63,939 nucleotides of DNA, taken from IMG/VR virus record IMGVR_UViG_2061766007_000696, one strand, 5' to 3'. This DNA comes from an uncultured virus (IMG/VR IMGVR_UViG_2061766007_000696) (lineage: Duplodnaviria > Heunggongvirae > Uroviricota > Caudoviricetes). Shown piece after piece: positions 1-10,587 of this stretch. Each line of letters begins with the position of its first letter. The stretch's first letter is position 1. The position numbers were made by a program, and so were the translations under genes. The notes under the pieces are model-generated. The model saw nothing but the letters and a program-made list of their open reading frames with translations. It did not search any database and was not told where the DNA came from.

Positions 1-447
1 TGATTGGGTACTTAATGCAGTACCGTTCTTATTCTTAAGTATAATATTTCCATTTGAAATTTCAAGTGAATTTGCGTAATTAGATTTAATATTGTTACCT
101 GACTCATCAGCTAAAGCTTTTGCAGCTGTACCAGCGACATATTCTTTATAACCAGCTGCCTCATCTAATTTTGTATCATCAACAACAACATACATAACAC
201 CCGTATCTAACTGTCTGACTGTATCACCATTCTGAACAGTAGCAGTAGTAAGAGCGTATCTTGCAGTCTGGTCTGCTACATCCACCATACGTTCCAAAGC
301 ACCAGACGGAAGGTTTGACAGACTAAGCACATCAGACAATTGTGCCTTTTTAGTAACGCCATTTGCGTCATTAACAATCACATCAACATTTGTAGGCACA
401 GTTGTAAGTTGATCTAATTGTTTTACCGTTTTTAATGTAATTGCCAT
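1..447 (-). CDS. Tail fibre/receptor-binding-type protein, N-terminal part (runs off window)
   Basis: Hand translation MAITLKTVKQLDQL...LPSGALERMVDVADQTARYALTTATVQNGDTVRQLDTGVMY..., RBS AAAGGAG upstream, position after BppU; not in ORF track because there is no stop in the window. Confidence 0.65.
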   Translation of the reverse strand, partial: MAITLKTVKQLDQLTTVPTNVDVIVNDANGVTKKAQLSDVLSLSNLPSGALERMVDVADQTARYALTTATVQNGDTVRQLDTGVMYVVVDDTKLDEAAGYKEYVAGTAAKALADESGNNIKSNYANSLEISNGNIILKNKNGTALSTQS

Positions 448-461
448 CGCAATCTCCTTTC

Positions 462-1661
462 TTAAAGCAATAAGAGAGTTCCACCATCTGCATCCTCAAG
501 AACTTTTAAGAGGTCTGCAAGATTTACAACCGTCCCATCCTGAAATGTATATGTAAGATGCGAAGCATCATGAGAACTCCAATCGGCAGCTTGTTCTGCC
601 CAATATTTTGCATTATTAGTCGCACTAGGTTCTGTAGCCCCAGTTGTCCATTCAGCCCATTTTCTTGCAAGCTCTACTGAATCCTCAGCATCAGATGCAC
701 TCTGAGTACAGCTACTCTCAAGTGTCATAACTCTACCTTCGATTGCAGCCGCTGCATCCTCACTTGCTTTTGCAGCGTCCTCAGAATCCTTAGCATTGTC
801 CTCCGAATTTTTAGCATTTGTTTCTGATACCTTAGCATTATCCTCCGAGGTTTTAGCATTGTCCTCAGATGTCTTTGCGTTATCTTCAGAACTCTTTGCT
901 GCAAGTTCTGAGGCTTTAGATGCTGTTTCTGAATCTTTTGCTGCATCCTCTGATGCTTTGGCATTTGTTTCTGAAGTTGCTGCATTATCAGCTGATACAC
1001 TTGCCGCATTTGCTTTTGCACCTGCGGTGTTTGCATAATTTGAAGCATTAGTTGCAGAAGTAGCAGAAGCAGTTGCAGAATTTGCAGATTCCGTAGCAGA
1101 GGCAGTTGATTCAAGAGCTTTATTAGTAGCTGTCTGAGCAGAATTACTAGCAGAAGTAGCAGAACTGTTTGCGGCGTTTGCTGCTGTATTACATTGCTGA
1201 ACATATGTAAGTAAATCATCATATGTCATTTCTGATTTACGTATAGCGTCAACTAATAATTGGAATTCATTTGATGAGATAACCTCATTAGCATCAAATG
1301 ATTCAGTAACTATGACACAAAATGGGAAACTCTTTAGCTGAGTGCTACTAGATATATCTACAATACCAATCTGTAAATTTACTCTGCCAGGTACAGCGGT
1401 CATTTGATAAGTAATCTCAAATGTGATTTTATTATTTGATATAGTACCCTCATTAACAATCTGAGTTCCGTCAGGTTTTTCACCCACTACAATTGCTTTA
1501 GTACCTGAGGGTATTGTATAGGGTAAGCCATTTGATACGAGAGTAACAGATACATATCTGGCACCATTTCCATCACCTTGTACAGCAGGAATAAACATAA
1601 AGTTATTATTAGAGGATAACTCTATAACATATTCATGTGTAATAGGAGTTATATTTCCCAT
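462..1661 (-). CDS. BppU-like baseplate upper protein with Ala/Ser-rich coiled-coil repeat stalk
   Basis: N-terminus ...VQGDGNGARYVSVTLVSNGLPYTIP...KPDGT...QMTAVPG resembles BppU_N; heptad repeats SEDNAKT; start MGNIT at 1661 with AAAGGAGG RBS. Confidence 0.75.
   Translation of the reverse strand: MGNITPITHEYVIELSSNNNFMFIPAVQGDGNGARYVSVTLVSNGLPYTIPSGTKAIVVGEKPDGTQIVNEGTISNNKITFEITYQMTAVPGRVNLQIGIVDISSSTQLKSFPFCVIVTESFDANEVISSNEFQLLVDAIRKSEMTYDDLLTYVQQCNTAANAANSSATSASNSAQTATNKALESTASATESANSATASATSATNASNYANTAGAKANAASVSADNAATSETNAKASEDAAKDSETASKASELAAKSSEDNAKTSEDNAKTSEDNAKVSETNAKNSEDNAKDSEDAAKASEDAAAAIEGRVMTLESSCTQSASDAEDSVELARKWAEWTTGATEPSATNNAKYWAEQAADWSSHDASHLTYTFQDGTVVNLADLLKVLEDADGGTLLLL
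760..985 (-). repeat. Degenerate 21-bp (7-aa SEDNAKT/SETNAKA) tandem repeat within the BppU-like gene
   Basis: About ten consecutive heptads visible in the translation. Confidence 0.85.
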
Positions 1662-1691
1662 ATTTCCTCCTTTCCGCAATTAAACAGACAT

Positions 1692-1883
1692 TTAATCGCA
1701 TTTTTCTTCTTCTTCAGGTTGCTCCATTTGTTCCCTGGTTGCCTCCTTCTGAAGTTGTTGCGTATAAAGAGATCCAACATCTCTTGTGATATCTTTTAAT
1801 ATAAAAAAGACTACCCCAACGTCCAATCCGCTTGACTGGATATCATTGAGAATAGTCTGCTTGAATTTTTCATATTTAAGCAT
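1692..1883 (-). CDS. Small hypothetical tail-region protein
   Basis: 63-aa ORF overlapping the stop of the upstream tail gene. Confidence 0.65.
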   Translation of the reverse strand: MLKYEKFKQTILNDIQSSGLDVGVVFFILKDITRDVGSLYTQQLQKEATREQMEQPEEEEKCD

Positions 1884-4800
1884 TCTTTATCCTTTCAATC
1901 TCATTTTCTAATTCATCTATTCGTTTATATAATTTTTGAATCATGTGAGTATTAAGACTTATAAACTCACCATATCTAATTCCATAACGGTAAGATTTGT
2001 TTCCGTCTTTATCTAATAAAGGTACTTCAATTTTATTTCCATGCATATCAAGAGTAGTAGTGGTATTTTCATCTATACAAAGTGCTGATAAATCCATGGT
2101 TGTTAAATTAAGTTCGGTCAAAGACTCTTCTATATCCTGAGCAATCATACCAATATGAATACGATCTCCATTGTTATACATATAATTAACTGGTTTTAAT
2201 TTAAAAAATAAATTTTCATAAACTTCATCTATTTTTTTAATATTATGTTTTTCATTTTTATCAGATGTATTTATAGTACCTTTTGCAGCAAATACCTGCG
2301 CCCAACGATGACTTCCACCACCACAGTTTACACCATCATCCGTTTTAGGATTAAACCCATACTCGCCAACATAACACTCACCAGCTGTACCAAAAATAGT
2401 AGAAGTATTAGTAGCATAGTTTGCATTATTAGCATTTTCCGCACTTGTTGCATAATTTGAATTAGTTGCATAACCTGCACTTCCAGTTATATTCATACTG
2501 AATGTATTTGAAGTGGTTGTAGTATACATATATTGATTTCCTAATCTAAGATAAGCAGTAGTACCACTATTTCCTAATGCAAAACCAGCAGTAGAAACTG
2601 CCATACCACCGCCACCACCAAGTAAAGTTCCACATTGAATTGTTCCACACCATAGATTACCAGCAGAATTTACACTAAAACCACTATATGTTTCCATACT
2701 ACCAGTTCCTACTCGAAGACCATCTATTCCAAAATGAATAGTAGAATCACTATTTTCTAATGAATCATTTTGAATTTTAATTTTACCAATATCTCCACCA
2801 TTAGCATAAATAGTTCCATTAAATATACCATTATTAGCATATATATCACCTTTTACAACAAGATTACCACCAGGAGTCCATGCAATATAATTTCCAGTAT
2901 CTTGACTTCCGGGATTTTCATCTGGTGTAGTTCTTGTCTTTCCACCACCAAAATTAAATCCACCATGATCTAAATCAATCCAGGAAACATCATTTCCAGC
3001 ACTAATAAAACCAGTTTTAATATGCCCACCGTTAATTACAGTATACTTTGTTGTATCTGTTCCAGCTAACCAAGATGCAAGAGCTTTTTGTGTTGTATAA
3101 TTTTGGTCAACCCATGAAGTAGCATTATTATAAGCAGCAGTTGCTTTACTATCAGCATATCCTTTAACATCTGTATCGCCTTGTTGTCTATCATCTATTT
3201 CTTTAAGAATACTATCATTAAGACCTTTATCTGATTGTATTCTAGCTTGTGCCTCTTGACTAACCGCAGCAGCTACTTCAGCATCTGTAGCATATCCACC
3301 TATAGTTAACCCATTCTCATTAAATTCCAACAATTTATTAGCACTTTTATCTCTTAATACAAAAGTACCATTGTCCAAATCAAAGTAAGTAATAGGATCA
3401 CGGTTATTATTACAGAAAGCAGAAGAGAAGAGTTCCCCACCACAAATCTGTGAACCACCAACATAACCGGCAATACAGAAATCAGCAAATACACCGAATT
3501 CCTCATCATTAGTTATTCCACCAGTTGATGTAATTCTCTTAACTTTACTTCGTCCCAAACTCATTCGTACATGTTTCCAACCATCATCAGTAAAGAGTAT
3601 TCTGCCACCACCCATGTAGATAGAATCATATATAAACTTCTGATTACCAAAAGTATCAAATTTTCCATAATCACCTGATGCAGTATCAATAAATATACCT
3701 GTATCAGTTATCTCAAACGTACACTGTGCAGGATTGTCTCTAAGATAAGCACCCTGACTGAGTAATCCTTCTTCAAGAGTAGTAGTAATTCTCGTAACTC
3801 TTGCAGCCCCAGATGACCATGTTGATGAACCGATTGCAACAGAGGTAGCTGCATCGGTAGCAGTATTCAAAGCATCCTGGATATCTGTATATAATCCTTC
3901 GCTTTTCTTTAAAACATCACTGAATGTCATGGTAAAATCAGTAGGATCATAGAAATTCATATGAATAGTCAGAAGAGATGCCTTGATATGATAATCATCT
4001 CTTACAGAAACAAATATTGTCTTTCCTGGTTCAAAATCATCAGATACAGTATCAAACTCAGGTATAGCAAACAAATTCGCCATAGTTGCAGTAAATTTCA
4101 ACTGCGGTGCAGAAATCTTTCTAAGCTCCTTTTCACCATAATCAAGAAAGCTCTGAAGCATTTCCTGACGTTCTTCCTCAGTCATTGTATCTGTCAGAAG
4201 ATAATTATCATTAGAAAGTTCCTCCTCTCTGATGAATGCACTTAGTTCTATTCTCGATGCCTCAGAGAGATTATTATCTAAAGCTATTTCCTGAACAACT
4301 TGTTCTTTATATTTTGCGTTATTATCTATTAAATCTTGAAGTCCATTAACATGGACAGTAATACTAGCCGTAGTTACCCATTTACTACCATTCCATGTAA
4401 CATTTGTACCAGCTGGATACCACACACCATCAAGGGTGAAATTGTTTGAAATAGAATAAGTATCACCTCTTGAAGGATTTCCTGGAAGTCTTTCATAATA
4501 ACACGAACCTAGACTTGTAAGAGGATAAGGATACGTATCATATCCTTGAATCTGTTTATCTAATTCAGCAATTCTTTTTTCAACCGCAAGCTGATTCAGA
4601 TAAGTTGGAAGATAATGTCCAAAATAATTATATGCATCTTGTTCATCTGAAGATTGCGTTTCATTATGAAGCTCAATAGTAGGATTATATTTTTCTTTAT
4701 TTTTAAAATCATCACCTAATATTCCCCAGTTATTCTGATTGATTACAGCCATATCCTGTTCGAAGCTCAAAGCCCAAGTGTCTCTCAATTCGCTATAACC

Positions 4801-7800
4801 ATATCCGCGCCAGTCATTTGTATTAAACCATGTAGAATTAGGAAACTTAGTAATAAGAGCTGTCTGTTCTGTTAAATCAGCCTCAAGATATTCCTCAAAT
4901 GCTGTGTTATCTGTAATCACAACAGAATTAGTAGCATCAATAATCTGCAAACAAGTATAATAAAGAGGATTGCCATATTCTTCATTGACCATTACTTTAG
5001 CATCAGCAATTGGTACTGAACCTGTATCTTTATATACAGAATTACAATGAACAAGAGCGTTATAAAAAGTTCTTGTGTTAGTGTTATCAAACCATCTGTA
5101 CACACCATTATCAGGATATGTAACTTTCGCATTAGCTTTTGCTGTTTCAAGAAGATTTTTCTGACCATTTAACTGAACCTCCCACGACTAAAGTCGCGGG
5201 GTTCCTGGGACTAGCAGACTATCGTCTACTTCATTACCAGGCTATCCCCGTAGTTCCTACGGTTCTTATATATATTCTTATACTGCTGTATTTAATATAT
5301 TTATTGCAGCGTTTATATCTCTGTCATGTTTTGTTCCACATTCAGGACATATCCATTTTCTTACGGATAAATCCTTTGTCATGGAATCTTTATAACCACA
5401 GATATGACAAGTCTGAGAAGATGCATAGTATTGGTCTACTTGCTTTATTTCTCGACCATACCATTTGGCTTTATACTTAAGCTCTCTCTCAAATTCATAC
5501 CAAGAAACATCTGATATCTGGTTACGCATTTTTGCTTTTAATTTATTTGTTCCTTCTGCATTAGATATCATCTGTTTGATGTTTAAATCTTCCATACAGA
5601 TAACATCATTTTCTTTGATTAGTTTTGTAGAAAGCTGTTGTAAAAAGTTTCTTCTCTGATTGGAAATCTTTTCATGCTGTCTTGCAACTTTGATTCTTGC
5701 TTTTTGCCAATTTCTTCCACCTCTTGTTTTTCGAGATAGTGAACGTTGGAGCTTTACAAGTTTCTTTTGAGACTTTGCAAGATATTTAGGATTTTCATAT
5801 TTATCTCCAATAGAAGTTATACAAAAATCTTTTATCCCAAGATCTATTCCAATCTGCTTGTCTGTTTTTGGTAAAGGCTTTACATCTACATCCGTACAAC
5901 AAATTGATACATAATATTTTCCACTTGACTCCTGCGAGATAGTAGCATTTAAAATACGTCCTTGCGGTATCTGTTTATCTCTAGTCTTAATCCAGCCAAG
6001 TTTTGGAAGTTTAATCTTCTTATCTAAAAACTCAATATTATTGTTGGTATAATTCGTCCTATAAGAAAATCTATGAGTTTTCTTTGACTTAAATTTTGGA
6101 TATCCAACAGACTTGTCTCTGAAAAAGTTCTGATAAGCAATATTCAAATCTTTCAAACAATTTTGTAAAGCACACTTATCAGGTTCTTTCAGCCATTCAA
6201 GTTCAGTTTTTAATTTAGTCAAGTTTTTACTGCACTCATTATAATTCATAGTGCGTGATTCTTTTTCATAGACTTCTTTACGTTTGGCAAGATAGTAGTT
6301 GTATACAAATCTTGTACATCCAAACGTCTTAGCTATCAGTATCTTTTGTTGTTTGTTCGGGTATATCCGATATTTATAAGCCTTTTCCATTTAACTTATC
6401 CTCTAAGTCGAGTATTCGTTCCATCATCTTAGGTATGTATTCAGGAGGAACAGAACCATTTCTTTCCCATTTCTGAATCGTTCTTACAGGAATCTCAAAG
6501 TATTCTCCGAACTTTGCTTGGGATAATCCCGTCTTTTGTCGTATCTCTTTGATGTTCATAATAAACTCCTTTACGGAATTTACTATACTCTATTAGAGCA
6601 GATATGTCAATAAAAATATATATAAGAATCGTAGTGATTCTTAGTCGTATTAGAGGTTGTCGTTCACATAGGTTCGCTAGTTCCTATGCATCCTTATCCA
6701 CTTTATTGTTTAGTGGTAGGTATCTGGCACTTTCGTACCAGCACAGACTATATCTTATCCATGCCATATTTCTACGGTTTAGGCGAAAACATTTCGGTAC
6801 GCTTGTACCTACGAACCTCACGAGTTCTAGTCGTTGAGGGCAAGACTATTCGTCTATTCCCTGCTGATTTGCGATTGCTAAAGTATTTAGGATTTAACCT
6901 TGTACCATCTAACAGATTTTTTCCGCTTTCGCCACTTTCACGCTCAGAGCTTTTCGCTCTCACGTTGTAGTTCTGTTAGCTTTACGCCACCTTATCGCTA
7001 AGTTTATATTCGATAAGACTTGTTCCAGCATATAAGTTTTCTTCGTTGGCGGATTTCCACCGCTCTACGTGCAAGTTTCCCTACACGCTGACTTTTTCGT
7101 AAACGTTCGCTTACTCATGACTAAAGTCACGAGTGTGCGCTCACGATTTAATCAACTGTTAACTGATGATAATATCTATCTATGTCTATTATCTCATAAG
7201 CATTATTATATGGTCTCAGCATTTCAGAATAAACATTATTAAAACTAATAATAGTTTGAGCAGTAGAACTTGAAATTATTTCTGTTGGTTCGGGATGTGC
7301 ATCATAAATCTGTCCTACATGATCTAATATATGTAAACGTTTTACAGCATCATTATAAACTTGGTCGTCTAATTGATACACTTCTTTTTGTCTACGTTCG
7401 TTTACTTTCTTTTTTTGTTCATATTGCCCAATATAATTATTTATTCTATTTTTTTCTCCTTTTACTATGCTATAAGTCATATTATAATTAAGCAGCTTTA
7501 CATCTTTACCATCATTAATAGGATTACGTTTATCAAAATATTCCCAATAACCATTTGTTTCATATAATATTTCATGAATTTCATGAATTTCAATAGCAGC
7601 ATTGACAGCTTTATCAATAGCATTTGCATTATCATCAGAAACAAAAGCTTGTCCTATTTTTAGATTATATTCATCTTTATATGAATGATCTTTGTTTTCT
7701 TCATATTGTCGGATTATTCTCTCTGCATAATTTTGTAATTGCATTGGAGATAATATTCGTTTACAAGTGATTACTCCTTTAACATTCGGATTTTCATATG

Positions 7801-9409
7801 CTACTATCGGAGTAAAATTCATTGCAATTGTTCCAGCCTCATTCGAATAAGTAGATGAATAAAGAGTAGCAATTCCGGGTTCTTGTGCACCCCAACCAGC
7901 TTTTTCTAATTCAGAAGCATCTATTATAGGTCTAAAAACCAAATCTACCTTTCCACCTTTTTCTAATTGGTGTAACCTTCTTCTGAGATTCAATCTATCC
8001 ATTTGTGTACTATCAGACGTATCTGGATTTATAAATTCAGTCTGTAAAGGATAAACATCCATTTTATGCATGTAAGAATAAGGTGGATTTCTAATAACAC
8101 TAACTGCAAAACCCTGATTGATTTTATTAACATTGGCAGTATATGTATTTATTTCCCCTATATTCGTAACACTCTTTAAAAAATAAACAGCATTCTTTTC
8201 ATCTTCTGTTGGAGAAGCAGGAAGACTTGTTCCAACACAAGCAACAGTGTAGCAATCAAATTTAATACTCCCAACTTCTTCATTATTGTCATTAAAAACA
8301 GGAAATTCTCCCCAACCAACTTTTCTGTCAGCATCATTTACAAAAGAAGAAGTAAGATTTTCTAAGTCATACAAATCAGATTTAGACTGTAAATACGCAT
8401 TAAGTCTGAGTTTATACAAGTCAATATATGACATCTTAGCTAATTCCTCATTTGTCAAATCCTCAGTATAAACTCTTGAACTTCTTTCAATCATTCCGAC
8501 ATTATAAACTTTATCATGCCATGTATTATATTCATCATAAAGTCGCTGACTCCAAAAATCCGTATTGTTATAATAGTCAAAATTATAAAGTCTATCATAA
8601 CCAAAATTTATTTCACGAATTTCTATATCATCTTTACCCTGAAGAACCACACATGTTTTTATATCATCGGTATCACTTGAAATATCTGTATTCTTAAGAA
8701 GATTATCATAAGAAACATAAATATCAGTAACATATTTATAATTTTCCTGGGCATAAACTCTGATTGCACATCTGCCTTTATTATCTAGCTTCAAAGTATC
8801 AAATTCGACATAACATTCAAATGCATCTTGCATGTCATTCATAATAAACGAATATACGTCTTTTCTGTCTATATTAAATGATCTGTGTGAACGGTCATCC
8901 TCCAAAAGAACAGGATCAACATAATCCACATACCAATCTGGACATTTTTCCAAAACATAGTCAAACAAGTCCATTCTGCCAGTCGTTTTCTGAGTGGCAT
9001 CTAAATAAATATGAATCTGAGTCTTGCCACTCTCATCATATTCTAATTCCTTACTGCCAGTCTCACCAGTATTTATCATGAAAGTTTCAAGATATTTCTG
9101 TCCTAAAAGTCCCTCATAACTTCTTGCTACAACTTCTTTATATTCATGTTCAGAACCCTCTGAATGAGTATCACAAGAATTTATGAAAAAGAATCCAATA
9201 TCAGGAACAAGAATATATTTCATCACATCAATATACGGATAAACAGGATTANNNNNNNNNNNNNTGAAATTTATTTCATCTAAATCACCAAAATTAAGGT
9301 CAACTGTTTTAGTTGTGCAAGGAATAATTCCAATTCTTTCTCTGTTAGCCTTACATAATAAGAAATCGGGTGCTTCTACATTCTGATAATAATCTCTTTT
9401 TACCTGCAT
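1876..9409 (-). CDS. Large tail (Tal/spike-like) protein with C-terminal peptidase S74 chaperone domain; exons 7151-9409 and 1876-5172
   Basis: Follows Dit; C-terminal GTINTSDKNEKHNI...LKPVNY...HIGMIAQDIE...YGIRYGEFI is S74-like; splicing gives in-frame ...QLTVD/LNGQKNLLETAKANAKVTYPDNGVYRWFD (~1,850 aa). Confidence 0.85.
5173..5290 (-). ncRNA. TnpB omega/reRNA scaffold 3' part (IS right end); predicted guide is the flanking exon sequence TTAAATGGTCAG...
   Basis: AACCGTAGGAACTACGGGGATAGCCTGG...CCAGGAACCCCGCGACTTTAGTCGTGGGAGGTTCAG directly after tnpB, typical IS605 right end. Confidence 0.75.
5278..6390 (-). CDS. tnpB: RNA-guided endonuclease TnpB (IS605/IS1341 type)
   Basis: KAYKYRIYP N-terminus, RuvC GIDLG / MEDL / DRDINAA, zinc finger CHICG..CPECG all intact. 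Confidence 0.97.
   Translation of the reverse strand: MEKAYKYRIYPNKQQKILIAKTFGCTRFVYNYYLAKRKEVYEKESRTMNYNECSKNLTKLKTELEWLKEPDKCALQNCLKDLNIAYQNFFRDKSVGYPKFKSKKTHRFSYRTNYTNNNIEFLDKKIKLPKLGWIKTRDKQIPQGRILNATISQESSGKYYVSICCTDVDVKPLPKTDKQIGIDLGIKDFCITSIGDKYENPKYLAKSQKKLVKLQRSLSRKTRGGRNWQKARIKVARQHEKISNQRRNFLQQLSTKLIKENDVICMEDLNIKQMISNAEGTNKLKAKMRNQISDVSWYEFERELKYKAKWYGREIKQVDQYYASSQTCHICGYKDSMTKDLSVRKWICPECGTKHDRDINAAINILNTAV
6374..6559 (-). CDS. Small XRE-type helix-turn-helix protein inside the IStron
   Basis: IKEIRQKTGLSQAKFGEYFEIPVRTIQKWERN; AAAGGAG RBS; overlaps tnpB start. Confidence 0.85.
   Translation of the reverse strand: MNIKEIRQKTGLSQAKFGEYFEIPVRTIQKWERNGSVPPEYIPKMMERILDLEDKLNGKGL
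6582..6610 (-). promoter_or_regulatory. Sigma-A promoter for HTH-tnpB with palindrome in spacer
   Basis: TTGACA-17 nt-TATAGT; CTCTAATAGAG palindrome at 6588-6598. Confidence 0.8.
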
Positions 9410-9428
9410 ACAAAACCACCCTTTCTTT

Positions 9429-10232
9429 TTAATCTATATTCNNNNNNNNNNNNNNNNNNNNNNNNNNNNNNNNNNNNNNNAATTCATTCATACCGCTTAA
9501 AAATCTTATCCATACAAGATTAAAATCATCTAATAATGCATTCTGATGTATAGCGGTAGATTCTATAATTTCTCTTTCCGAATTGATTGTAATTACCTCG
9601 TTATTAACAACATTGTTAATAATAGTAGTTCTATTATTTTCTGTTTTATTAACAATATTGAAATTACCATCTGCTTTCATGGTTATCTTAACTGTAGGTA
9701 GGAGATTAGCATAAATCTCATCAGAATGATTAAAAATCTGAAATGGTTCATAAGCATTTACAGTTTTATTAACATACTGAACAGGAGAGTAGCCAAACTG
9801 TGAATCACATTCCATAAACAATTTTATTCCCACAACCCTACCATTTATACGTACTAATGACGTATTTACGACTTTTGCTTTATACCATATATCCTCACCA
9901 ACATTATAAGTAATTACTTTCATCCATTTGTATCCGACATATCCAGTAACAAGTCTGAGTATTCCGCGTACTTCAAATTCACTTAGTTCTATATCACTTG
10001 AGTTATGACAATTGAGTTTTATTAACGTCGCTGTCGGTTTTAATTTTTCTGTATATGTATAATCTAAATAAACAGGGACGGGATTACGACCTATGAATTG
10101 TTCAGTAATAGTAATATTGTTGCCCATTTCCTCATCTTCGGGGCTACCGTCATAATCTGTTGATCCTAATGTCAGATTATAATCACTTGCTTTGAAATCG
10201 CCAATGATTAAATCACTTCCAAATATGTCCAT
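9429..10232 (-). CDS. Distal tail protein (Dit-like)
   Basis: Position between tape measure and large tail gene; C-terminal PTVKIT...INSEREII...DFNLVWIRFLSGMNE fits Dit family. Confidence 0.7.
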   Translation of the reverse strand: MDIFGSDLIIGDFKASDYNLTLGSTDYDGSPEDEEMGNNITITEQFIGRNPVPVYLDYTYTEKLKPTATLIKLNCHNSSDIELSEFEVRGILRLVTGYVGYKWMKVITYNVGEDIWYKAKVVNTSLVRINGRVVGIKLFMECDSQFGYSPVQYVNKTVNAYEPFQIFNHSDEIYANLLPTVKITMKADGNFNIVNKTENNRTTIINNVVNNEVITINSEREIIESTAIHQNALLDDFNLVWIRFLSGMNEXXXXXXXXXXXXXXNID

Positions 10233-10259
10233 TATCTCACCGTCCTTTCTTTTTAGATT

Positions 10260-10526
10260 TTATTCATCATCGATTCCGATATCCTCTATAGCCATTTCTT
10301 TATCATGTATTTTTTTAAGCTGTTTCATGGCTATTTTCATTTCACGCATTGTTTTTTCCATATCCATTTGCCATTTGGTGAGCTGATAAAAATCTTTTTC
10401 CATCTCGCCATACGCAGCTATAATTTCATCAAGATAGTCTAGCAGTGGTTTTTCACCACCATCCGTCAGACCATAATATTTCATTATATCCATTACAACA
10501 TCCGGGATTTTACGTATTTCTTTCAT
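10260..10526 (-). CDS. Hypothetical coiled-coil protein
   Basis: MKEIRKIPD start with AAAGGAG RBS. Confidence 0.6.
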   Translation of the reverse strand: MKEIRKIPDVVMDIMKYYGLTDGGEKPLLDYLDEIIAAYGEMEKDFYQLTKWQMDMEKTMREMKIAMKQLKKIHDKEMAIEDIGIDDE

Positions 10527-10545
10527 AAAAATTCTCCTTTTGTTC

Positions 10546-10586
10546 AAAAAGAGAAGAGTGCGGTTTGACCCACACTCTTCCCAAAA
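10546..10586 (-). terminator. Intrinsic terminator after tape measure gene
   Basis: GGGAAGAGTG...CACTCTTCTC followed by TTTTT on minus strand. Confidence 0.7.
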
Positions 10587-10587
10587 A

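Larger units (their letters stand above)
5173..7150 (-). mobile_element. IStron: group I intron fused to IS200/IS605-family ends, carrying HTH + TnpB, no TnpA
   Basis: Inserted after TTGAT; ends ...GGGAGGTTCAG (omega G); both ends have GACTTTAGTC hairpins; intron core motifs TATGCTGGAA, AAATCAGCAGG, CTCAACGACTAG, AAGATATAGTCT; IGS GTCAGC pairs with exon GTTGAT; removal restores frame. Confidence 0.92.

Noticed and set aside
725..4245. Overlapping and antisense ORFs in tail genes (and similar plus-strand ORFs throughout)
   Set aside because: Shadow frames of long minus-strand genes with biased composition and no RBS
6604..6970. Short ORFs on both strands
   Set aside because: They lie on the catalytic core of the IStron intron, with no RBS or protein features
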